From assembly GCA_964433435.1 (NCBI GenBank), contig CAYSRM010000002.1, positions 1,292-65,291 on the forward strand: a stretch of DNA of 64,000 nucleotides, written 5' to 3'. A program made the translations under genes and the position numbers. Below the pieces are notes generated by a model that saw nothing but the letters and a program-made list of their open reading frames with translations, was not told the origin of the DNA and did not search any database. Source of the DNA: an uncultured Victivallales bacterium (lineage in GTDB: Bacteria; Verrucomicrobiota; Kiritimatiellia; UBA8416; CAYSRM01). Positions 19,095-27,141 of this stretch are shown one piece after another. How positions within the stretch are numbered: the first letter of the stretch is position 1; each line of letters opens with the position of its first letter.

Positions 19095-20132
19095 ATGAAG
19101 ACACCAAGAGAATCCATGATGGCCGCGCTGAATCGCGAACCAACGAGCGGGCGGCCGCCGCATTTCGAACTGGAGTTTTTTCTGACCATGGAGGCCTTCG
19201 GCCGCGTGCATCCTTCGCAACGAGATTACCGGCAATGGCAACAGATGTCCGAGACCGAACGCGACCTCCATCGGCGCGATGTGGCGGACCTGCATCTGGA
19301 AACGGCACGGCGCTACGAGCAGGCAGGCATGCTCTTTCACAGTCCGCGCGGCTGGAACGAAACGGATACCCGGCAGGCGCTCGAATACGTGCGTAAGCTG
19401 GGAGGCCAGGAACGTTGGATCGCTTTGCACGGCGACGCCACATACGCTATTCCTCATGGCGATGCGATGATGGCATTCGTTGCGAGATTGGCTGACGATC
19501 CGGAAGGGGTCAAAGATGAAGCGCGACGGCGCGTGGATAAAGCGCTGGAGCGAGGCAAACGCCTGCGCCGATGGGGAACACTCGATGGGTTCTGTCTGTG
19601 CGCGGACTATTGCTTTAATGACAACCCTTTCCTTTCTCCGGCTATGTTCGATGTGTTCGTGGCCCCCTACCTGAAAGATTTGGTGACCGGATATCGGGAA
19701 ATGGGCTATTATGTTGTGAAACATACCGACGGCAATATCATGCCCATTTTAGATGTCTTGGTTTCTGCCAATCCGCATGCCTTGCACAGTCTTGATCCGC
19801 AAGGCGGTGTGGATCTGGCGGAAGTCAAGCACCGTGTTGGAGACCGCGTCTGCCTGATTGGCAACGTGAACTGTGCCTTGCTCCAGACCGGTACGGACCA
19901 GGAAGCTGCCGCCGATGTCCAGCGTGCTCTTGTCCAGGGCGCACCGGGAGGCGGCTACATATTTAGTACCAGCAACTGTATCTATACCGGGATGAGTTTG
20001 AAACGCTACGAGATGATGCTCGATATCTGGCGTCAGTTTTCCGTCGAGACGGCTTGCCGCCCCAAAGCTGAAATGAATCCGCAACCCGACAACACGGGTT
20101 TGGATACAACATCCGGAGAAACCATAGTATGA
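19095..20132 (+). CDS. uroporphyrinogen decarboxylase (URO-D) family protein (MtaA/CmuA-like fold)
   Basis: TIM-barrel URO-D-like sequence ending in …GGGYIFSTSNCIYTGM…. RBS GAAAGGAAAACTAATG. Function within this family cannot be assigned from sequence. Confidence 0.65.
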   Translation: MKTPRESMMAALNREPTSGRPPHFELEFFLTMEAFGRVHPSQRDYRQWQQMSETERDLHRRDVADLHLETARRYEQAGMLFHSPRGWNETDTRQALEYVRKLGGQERWIALHGDATYAIPHGDAMMAFVARLADDPEGVKDEARRRVDKALERGKRLRRWGTLDGFCLCADYCFNDNPFLSPAMFDVFVAPYLKDLVTGYREMGYYVVKHTDGNIMPILDVLVSANPHALHSLDPQGGVDLAEVKHRVGDRVCLIGNVNCALLQTGTDQEAAADVQRALVQGAPGGGYIFSTSNCIYTGMSLKRYEMMLDIWRQFSVETACRPKAEMNPQPDNTGLDTTSGETIV

Positions 20133-21988
20133 ACCTATGTGCGACTCGGTATAGACGAATCCCGCGGCTTCCCGGCCCCGCTGATCGTATCCCGATTCTG
20201 ATCGATACCGATGCCGGATGCGAAAACGACGACCAATACGCCATAGCTCTTGCGTTATGCATGCCCGAGCGCTTCGAAATCAAAGGCTTTGTGGCTACTT
20301 TTTTTCGCCAATCCCCTGACAGCATCCCGGAGGCTGTCGAAGAAATTGCGCTTGTCCAAAATCTTTGTGGTTGCGAATATCCTGTTTACGCAGGCGGTGC
20401 TCCGCTTAGCTATCCGGGGGTAGGCAATAACAGCGCGGGCGCGGACTTCATTATTGAAACGGCCCGGGCGCATGATGCCGACAACCCTATCTGGGTCGTT
20501 GTTTTGGGACCCACAACGAATACGGCTTCGGCGCTTCTGCAGTGCCCGGAGATCGCAAGCAAAATGGTTGTTCTGTTTCACGGACGAACCCGTTACTGGC
20601 CCAGGCAGGCTTGGAACAACAATGTTGATGCCGATCTCCGTGCGACGCAGGCGCTTTTCCGGTCGCGCGTTCCCCTGGTGTTATTCGACACTGGCTCCTA
20701 CCTTCGCATTGACAACGCCGTCACGACCCGTCGCCTGGGGGTACACGGAGCCATTGGCGCTTACCTGCAGGACCTGCGCGAAGCCAAGCCGATTCGAAAA
20801 ACTCCGCGCAAGGCGTTTTTTGATCTGGGCGATATTGCCTGGCTCGCGGATCAGTCGGTAGGCGCCGTCGAGAAAATCGAAGTTCCCGAACTCGGCAACG
20901 ACACGTTTCTTGACTGGAGACAAAGGCATGGTGAGGCGCTCCGGGTATATCAACTGGACGATGCCCGCGTCTGGGAACTGTTCTTCTCGGCGCTGAAACA
21001 CCGGTATCCGGACCCCACCCCCTACTTTGCCAGGCCCGAACGGGTCAAGCTCTATCCGGAAACGGCGCGCGCCGCCGCGGAAGCGGCGGCCAAGGCCGCC
21101 GGTCCTATCCCTCAGCGCGTTGTTCCCCCCTCTCCGCCTCCAGGCCGCCTGCCCGTTCTCATTGATGCCGATGTGGGCGCGGAAATTGATGAGCAGTATG
21201 CGATCGCCCTGGCCCTGCGGTCCCCGGACCGCTTTCACATTGTCGGCATCACCGGCAGTCATTTTCAGGGTGCACCCGGTAGCCCGGCGGAATGCGTTGA
21301 ACAGGCGCGCCGGCTTCTCGATCTCGCCGGACGTCCGAATCTTTGTCCCGTGGCCCGCGGTTGCGATCCGTTGTCATGGCCTCGTTGCCCGATGCAAGGC
21401 GAGGCGGTGGACCTCATCATCACGAAAGCCATGGAAAGGTCGCCCCGCGATCCTCTGTGGGTGATTGTGCTCGGCCCGTTGAGCAACATGGCGTCGGCCT
21501 ATTTAAAGCAGCCGGAAATATCGGAGCGGATTGTTCTTCTGTTTCACTCTTGCTCTCGGCATTGGGATATGAAGTTTTCCAGCTACAATGCGCTTCAAGA
21601 CTGGCGGGCTGCGCAGGTGGTGTTAACCTCGCGGATTCCCCTGATTCTGTTCGATGCCGGCGCCCATTTGACCCTTTCTATGGAAGAAACCGGTTCTCGA
21701 CTCGCGTCTGCCGATCTATTAGGCGCCTACCTGCATGACTGCCGGCATCGGCACTCCGACTATGCCGATCCGTGCAAAGGTTTCTTCGATCTGGCCGGTA
21801 TCGCCTGGCTTTGCGAACCCGCCATCGGCGAATGGCAGGAAGTCGATATGCCGGCGATCGACGCGGATACCATGCTTGATTTCACGCGAACGCATGGCCG
21901 CTGCCTCCGTGTCTACCAGATAGACAATCGCAGGGCACGAGCGCTTTTCTTCGATAGAATGCTATCTTCCGGGGGAGGGTCGTCATGA
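20129..21988 (+). CDS. tandem-duplicated inosine-uridine nucleoside N-ribohydrolase (IUNH)-like protein
   Basis: Two IUNH-fold halves, each opening with the DxDxxxDDxxA aspartate cluster (IDTDAGCENDDQYAIALAL and IDADVGAEIDEQYAIALAL), separated by an Ala/Pro-rich linker. Start overlaps the upstream stop (ATGA). Confidence 0.65.
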   Translation: MNLCATRYRRIPRLPGPADRIPILIDTDAGCENDDQYAIALALCMPERFEIKGFVATFFRQSPDSIPEAVEEIALVQNLCGCEYPVYAGGAPLSYPGVGNNSAGADFIIETARAHDADNPIWVVVLGPTTNTASALLQCPEIASKMVVLFHGRTRYWPRQAWNNNVDADLRATQALFRSRVPLVLFDTGSYLRIDNAVTTRRLGVHGAIGAYLQDLREAKPIRKTPRKAFFDLGDIAWLADQSVGAVEKIEVPELGNDTFLDWRQRHGEALRVYQLDDARVWELFFSALKHRYPDPTPYFARPERVKLYPETARAAAEAAAKAAGPIPQRVVPPSPPPGRLPVLIDADVGAEIDEQYAIALALRSPDRFHIVGITGSHFQGAPGSPAECVEQARRLLDLAGRPNLCPVARGCDPLSWPRCPMQGEAVDLIITKAMERSPRDPLWVIVLGPLSNMASAYLKQPEISERIVLLFHSCSRHWDMKFSSYNALQDWRAAQVVLTSRIPLILFDAGAHLTLSMEETGSRLASADLLGAYLHDCRHRHSDYADPCKGFFDLAGIAWLCEPAIGEWQEVDMPAIDADTMLDFTRTHGRCLRVYQIDNRRARALFFDRMLSSGGGSS

Positions 21989-22137
21989 TAGGGATTGTCG
22001 TTGGAACTGCCGCACCGGGGCATTCTTTTCGTTCTTTTTTTGCAGCAAGGGCGATGGAGTATTACAAATTCAAAATCACTAGCGTCCCATATGGCAAAGG
22101 GGGACTAACCACGGAGACACTGAGTTACGGAGAAGAG

Positions 22138-22173
22138 GTCGTGTGAATTCGCGAGGATCCGAATTCACACGAC
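22138..22173. repeat. perfect 14-bp-stem palindrome containing EcoRI–BamHI–EcoRI sites
   Basis: GTCGTGTGAATTCG-CGAGGATC-CGAATTCACACGAC. NdeI (CATATG), HindIII (AAGCTT) and PstI (CTGCAG) sites also lie within about 150 bp. It sits in the 385-bp gap after the 20129-21988 gene and has no U-tract. Confidence 0.5.
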
Positions 22174-22373
22174 GGTGGTGGTGGGAGAAAGATGAGAGCA
22201 CGAGAGAAGGCTCCGAGTCTCCGTGCCTCCGTGGTAAGCTTTCTTCTGCAGTAGGAAAATATCGAATGCAGGGTTGACGCGGCATGCCGAAAACGTTAGT
22301 AAGTGCGGCTGTTTCCGGCCCAATATCAGGGCTTATGGGATGGTAGTGATTCAAAATAGGAGGGTTGGCAATT

Positions 22374-23561
22374 ATGGAATATCTTAACTTGAGAGACGAT
22401 GAACAATCTCTTTTTCTAAACGCAGCACGATTAGCGGCCAACTGGCTGAACCATACGCAAAATACGGAACGTCATCCCTGGACAACCTATCGGGTCGCCC
22501 AAAGCGCCGACAACGGGCGCTTTTTGGAGAAGATGTGTCCGGCTCGCGAGGACCGCATGCCGGCAGGCGTGTGGCTGAGTGGTCTTTATCTGTGCGGGCT
22601 GACGGCCATGGACAAAACGCCTGTTCTCAATCGCGATCGCTATGGCTATGCCGTGGAATGCGGCGCGCGGTTTCTGAAAAGCCTGCAGTGCTTTGACACA
22701 CGCTGGCCAAAGGCGATCGGCGGATTTCATGAAGTCTGGCCTGGCCACTCTTATTCGGCTCCGCGTGACGCTGCCACGGGCGCGTTCGGGCTGGTCGCGT
22801 TGTACGAGGCTACCGGCGACAAGGATCTGCTGGACCGCGCCATCCGGTTCGGACAATGGTACAAGACGCACGGCAGCGATCCCGACGGCTATCCCTGGGA
22901 CGACTTCAACCTGGAAACCGGCGAAGGAACCAGTCATAAACGCGGCGACTGGCAAGCGGGCGGAACTTTGATCTACTGGATGCTGTGGACGCTGACAGGC
23001 GACGAGGCATGGAAAGCGCCGCTGAAAAGAGCTCTCGACGTTTTACTGGAGATATGCGCCAACGATCCTGGTACGGATACCGCCTATACCTTCCACGGCG
23101 ACAACATCATCTCAATTGGCAACGACGATTTCGCCACGACTGCGCTGATGGCAGGCTACAAGCTTTTCGGTGACGAGCGGTACCGCGATTTGGCCGCGCA
23201 CCGACTTCGCGCCGAGCTGGTCAGACAGGCGCCGAGTGGCGCTTTCCCGGGCTATGGCGGCACCTTTGTTACGGCGCTTGAACTGCTCGAAGCGCTTGCT
23301 ATGGCGTTGCAAGGCATGGAAATCCTGACGCCGGACGAAATCCGCGAGCCGTTGCTCAAGGCGGCTCGCCACTCGCTCTTGCTGCAGGAAACTGTCAACC
23401 CGGACCGTTATGTGCATGGCGGTGTGTACGGCGAGAGCAACTACGGGCAAAGCCGCGACGTTATTCACGGACGCGATACTGGCTATGCCATTCAGCTATG
23501 GCTGCGACTGGCCGGCTATCGGGCTCCGACCTACGAAGTGGTCGGGAGGCAAGCTTCATGA
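22374..23561 (+). CDS. (alpha/alpha)6-barrel (six-hairpin glycosidase-like) hypothetical protein
   Basis: ATG 22374 with TAGGAGGG RBS. Repeated helical-hairpin pattern with …LVALYEATGDKDLLDRAIRFGQWY… resembling GH88/GH105/AGE-type toroid proteins. Family not assignable by eye. Confidence 0.4.
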   Translation: MEYLNLRDDEQSLFLNAARLAANWLNHTQNTERHPWTTYRVAQSADNGRFLEKMCPAREDRMPAGVWLSGLYLCGLTAMDKTPVLNRDRYGYAVECGARFLKSLQCFDTRWPKAIGGFHEVWPGHSYSAPRDAATGAFGLVALYEATGDKDLLDRAIRFGQWYKTHGSDPDGYPWDDFNLETGEGTSHKRGDWQAGGTLIYWMLWTLTGDEAWKAPLKRALDVLLEICANDPGTDTAYTFHGDNIISIGNDDFATTALMAGYKLFGDERYRDLAAHRLRAELVRQAPSGAFPGYGGTFVTALELLEALAMALQGMEILTPDEIREPLLKAARHSLLLQETVNPDRYVHGGVYGESNYGQSRDVIHGRDTGYAIQLWLRLAGYRAPTYEVVGRQAS

Positions 23562-23628
23562 CGACGAACGCTTTTGATCTGAACGAACACGCACTAACAG
23601 CGCTCTGAATTGTTTCTGCTCGAAAAAG

Positions 23629-23737
23629 TGTGTGATATGCGTGTTAACTCGTATATCTCACCAGAATTCCTGCTGCGAGTATGGATAGCGCCACTGCGGG
23701 GGCACGAATTGACAAAACGCCAGATTGCAGTATGTCT
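23629..23737 (+). repeat. MITE-family truncated copy (right-end-like remnant GTGTGATATGCGTGTT followed by left half)
   Basis: TATATCTCACCAGAATTCCTGCTGCGAG…CGAATTGACAAAACGCCAGATTGCAGTATGTCT matches the left half of copy 1 and breaks off after GTATGTCT. Confidence 0.6.
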
Positions 23738-23922
23738 CGCGTGGTGAAATGATGCTTTCTTTCCAATCCATGTATTACGTTGTTTAAAAAAGCCTTTTCA
23801 TTGGTAGTTCAGGAGAGTAGTTTTTTTTAAATAAAAGTGGTCTTCCCTTCTGAAAGCTACCGAGCGAAGCTCAGTGACGCATAGACGGAGAGAACACTAT
23901 AGAAAGGATAATCTACTGAAAC

Positions 23923-24195
23923 ATGAGTATTTTTGAAATAACGATGCTGGTATGCTTCGGTATCAGCTGGCCCATCTCCATAAGGAAAGCCGTTAAAACA
24001 AAAGTTGTGGAAGGCAAAAGCCCGCTGTTTATGACTATTGTATGCGTGGGCTACCTAAGTGGAACAGTCCACAAGGCCATATACTCCTTCGATCCGGTCA
24101 TAGCGCTATACATTCTCAACTTCTTCCTCGTAGCAACCGACCTGTTCTTATACTACCGCTACCTGCCTAAAGCAGCTGGTGAAAGGAAGCGCTGA
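23923..24195 (+). CDS. small membrane protein with lipid-A-biosynthesis N-terminal (LAB_N)-like domain
   Basis: 90 aa with 2-3 TM helices. Pattern SWPISIRKAVKTKVVEGKSPLFMTIVCVGYLSGTVHKAIYSFDPVIALYILNFF resembles PF07578. Confidence 0.45.
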   Translation: MSIFEITMLVCFGISWPISIRKAVKTKVVEGKSPLFMTIVCVGYLSGTVHKAIYSFDPVIALYILNFFLVATDLFLYYRYLPKAAGERKR

Positions 24196-24281
24196 AACTG
24201 TAAGAAGAGCAGATATTCGAGCTTGCTCAAAGTCCGGTTCCTGTCCATCGGGCTCGTGTTGGGATTCTGGAAATATGCAGG

Positions 24282-25280
24282 CTATATGCCCGCAAGCCGC
24301 GCGGCCCAGAGTATGCTCTGTGCCATGCTCGCCGAAGAAGCCTTTCCCTGCCATGCTATGTCAAAAGCGGTGCCATGGTCCGGAGAAGTCCGCACAATGG
24401 GGAGTCCGAGAGTTATGTTCACGCCTTCGGCAAATGAAACCATCTTGAACGGGATCAGCCCCTGATCATGATACATCGCCACATAGACATCAGTCTCATC
24501 CATCAGCCGGGACGTAAAAGCCGTGTCCGGAGGAACCGGACCGCTGACATTAATGCCCTTCTGCCTCTGATCTTCAACTGCAGGCGCTATAATTTGTTCC
24601 TCCTCGTTTCCGAACAGGCCATGCTCGCCCGCGTGCGGATTTAGCGCACAAACGGTAACTCGCGGGTCTTTTCTACCCAATGCAACCATGGTTTTGTGAC
24701 TAAGCCCGATAACCTCACAAATACGTCTTGTGCTGAGTGCTTCTGCTACGCTTTTATAGGAAACATGGGTGGTCACAAGGCTGACGCATAATTTTTCAGA
24801 TGCCATCATCATACACGCCGACGGGGAATCCAGGAGTGCGGCTAACATATCGGTGTGGCCCGCAAAATTCACGCCCGCACTGTGAAATGCCTCCTTGTTT
24901 ATGGGGGCGGTGGAAATTCCATGGACCTTGTTTTCCACTGCAGCATCCACCGCAGCTTTTATATACATATAAGCGGCTTGCCCGCAAAGGGCATCAATCT
25001 TGCCGGCCTCTACGAAATCCACGTCAACTGCTCCAATATTTACAATCACCGGCACATCTGGAGGGTCTTGTTGCCATGACTCATAATCCATAATCAGAAT
25101 TTCCGGCGCTGGAATTCGGGCTTGCTTTGCGACTTTATTAATAACGTCTGCATCGCCAAATACCACAAGGCTACACCTGGAACTTAAAATTTTGTCGGTA
25201 AGCATACGCAGGCAAAGCTCCGGGCCTATTCCGGCCGGATCGCCCATGGATATTCCTATCCTGCCCCTGTTACTCATCAT
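24282..25280 (-). CDS. pdxA: 4-hydroxythreonine-4-phosphate dehydrogenase family (PdxA/PdxA2)
   Basis: Start at MMSNRGRIGISMGDPAGIGPE (ATG 25280, GAGG RBS). Metal-binding His/Asp pattern …NPHAGEHG… typical of the PdxA family. Overlaps the upstream anti-sigma gene by 11 nt. Confidence 0.75.
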   Translation of the reverse strand: MMSNRGRIGISMGDPAGIGPELCLRMLTDKILSSRCSLVVFGDADVINKVAKQARIPAPEILIMDYESWQQDPPDVPVIVNIGAVDVDFVEAGKIDALCGQAAYMYIKAAVDAAVENKVHGISTAPINKEAFHSAGVNFAGHTDMLAALLDSPSACMMMASEKLCVSLVTTHVSYKSVAEALSTRRICEVIGLSHKTMVALGRKDPRVTVCALNPHAGEHGLFGNEEEQIIAPAVEDQRQKGINVSGPVPPDTAFTSRLMDETDVYVAMYHDQGLIPFKMVSFAEGVNITLGLPIVRTSPDHGTAFDIAWQGKASSASMAQSILWAARLAGI

Positions 25281-25746
25281 TGTCTTTTTCCTCGAACTTT
25301 TCGTCTGTGATATCGTCTCTTGAACTATCACCGATAAACACAGGCCTGAGACTGCCCCACTCAGGTTTTTTCAATATTTGAACGTCCTTAATCGCAGCGA
25401 AAAGCAAGAGTATGGCTATCAGTGCTATACATAGAGATATCAGAATATGATGCCTGTAGATCCAGTCGAGAAAGGGATGCTCCACTGCCCGCATCATCCT
25501 GTCCCTGGTCTTTCGGGACATGTGCCGAGGAATAGATTCGACTTGTGAAGCGCCGCGAAGAAGGTTGATCGTTTTCTGGAGTTCACCGGCTTCAGTCTGG
25601 CATTTATCGCATTTGCGCAGGTGTTCCCGGATAAGGTCTGACCGTGCTTCTCCGAGATCGCGGGTAAGGTAATCCATCAGATTGTTCTGGATCTCCTCGC
25701 ATCCCGGACCCTGGTATCCTTTCTTGCTATTTTTTTCCGTTGACAT
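25270..25746 (-). CDS. anti-sigma factor (zinc-finger type, single TM segment)
   Basis: HLRKCDKCQ zinc-finger anti-sigma motif and the C-terminal hydrophobic helix ILISLCIALIAILLLFAAI. Overlaps the ECF sigma gene by 20 nt. Confidence 0.6.
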   Translation of the reverse strand: MSTEKNSKKGYQGPGCEEIQNNLMDYLTRDLGEARSDLIREHLRKCDKCQTEAGELQKTINLLRGASQVESIPRHMSRKTRDRMMRAVEHPFLDWIYRHHILISLCIALIAILLLFAAIKDVQILKKPEWGSLRPVFIGDSSRDDITDEKFEEKDNDE

Positions 25747-26290
25747 TTCCTGTCTCTGTCGAAAGCAACAACGCCATTTTTTTCATTGCATGGTGCAGTA
25801 TATAACCCACGTTGCTTACTGTAAGCCCGGTTATGTTGCTTATTTCTTTGTATGATTTTTCCTCGTAAACTTTAAGTACCACAAGCTGCTGCTCGCGTTC
25901 AGAGAGCTTTTTCAAGGCTTTGGCGGCATTGGCTGCCGGCTCGCTGATTCGAAAGAAGCCTCCGCGATTGGGAGGCGCATAAGTCTGTTTTTCCTCAGCA
26001 TGCCGCTTGTGAAGAGATTGCTTTCGGGATTCCTTTCTCATGTAATCTACGGTCATGTTGTGCGCAACACGATAGAGCCAGCTTGAAAGCTGGGGCGACG
26101 GCGTGAGGTCATCCTTCCATTTTTTATAAAGTTTTATAAAAGTTTCCTGTACAATGTTTTCCGCAACATCATGATGAGACACAATGCGTGTTACATACCT
26201 CAACAGGGGAGTTTCGTATTCGTTTACGATATTCTCAAAGGCGGAAATACGCGGACTGGCAGAAGAATCCTGTTTTTTCTTCTTTCTCAT
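25727..26290 (-). CDS. RNA polymerase ECF-type sigma-70 factor
   Basis: Region 2 (…LLRYVTRIVSHHDVAENIVQETFIKLY…) and region 4 HTH (…SYKEISNITGLTVSNVGYILHHAMKKM…). Confidence 0.75.
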   Translation of the reverse strand: MRKKKKQDSSASPRISAFENIVNEYETPLLRYVTRIVSHHDVAENIVQETFIKLYKKWKDDLTPSPQLSSWLYRVAHNMTVDYMRKESRKQSLHKRHAEEKQTYAPPNRGGFFRISEPAANAAKALKKLSEREQQLVVLKVYEEKSYKEISNITGLTVSNVGYILHHAMKKMALLLSTETGNVNGKK

Positions 26291-26489
26291 GTTCAGTCGA
26301 TCGCCTTTTCTTTAAAAACGTTTTATGGACTCTGTCTCTTAGTTTAGATAAGATCATGTTTTCACAAAGTGTACTTTTACTCAAATCACTATTCTGAATT
26401 ATCCATTTTAGTGATCCAGTTATCAACTCCTGAGAGTTGAGAACTGGATCCGGCGTATCAGGAAAAACATATTATTGCAGAAAATTTCT

Positions 26490-27128
26490 ATGAAGACGAT
26501 TCAGCATGTAATATGGGACTGGAATGGAACTCTGCTGGATGACGTTTCGGCCTGCGTGCTTTCGTTGAACCACATTCTGGCCCAGCGTGGTTTACGATAT
26601 ATGACCGCAGAGGACTACCAGTCGGAATTCGATTTTCCCGTCAAAAGCTTCTATACAAGGTTGGGGCTGGATTTCGAACGGGAAGACTGGGACGCCCTTG
26701 CCAGGGAATACTATGATCTTTACGACTCTTACTCGGTAGATACACCCTTAAGAAAGGGGATTGTCGAAACCCTCAACCATATCAGCAGCCTCGGAATAAA
26801 AATGTCCGTTCTGTCAGCGTGCGAAAAGAATATACTGGCACATATGCTTAGTCAGAGAGGCATCAACTCATACTTCCAGCAGGTCTCCGGGTTGCACAAT
26901 CTTTACGCGGAATCCAAGGTTGACATTGGGAAGGAACTCATATCAAAGTTTCAGGTTCCTTCGACAAACATTATACTTGTGGGCGACACAACGCATGATT
27001 TCGAGGTAGCCAGAGAATTGAACTGCCGTTGTATCCTGGTTGCAGGAGGACATCAGTCCAGCAACAGGCTGGAAGCATGCGGTTGCCCGCTTGTAGCGGA
27101 GCCCGGCGATATAACCGACTGGCTGTAA
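26490..27128 (+). CDS. HAD-superfamily hydrolase (phosphoglycolate-phosphatase-like)
   Basis: HAD motif I DWNGTLLDD and motif IV VGDTTHD. The start could alternatively be the TTG at 26475. Confidence 0.7.
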   Translation: MKTIQHVIWDWNGTLLDDVSACVLSLNHILAQRGLRYMTAEDYQSEFDFPVKSFYTRLGLDFEREDWDALAREYYDLYDSYSVDTPLRKGIVETLNHISSLGIKMSVLSACEKNILAHMLSQRGINSYFQQVSGLHNLYAESKVDIGKELISKFQVPSTNIILVGDTTHDFEVARELNCRCILVAGGHQSSNRLEACGCPLVAEPGDITDWL

Positions 27129-27141
27129 TGAAAGGACCGGT

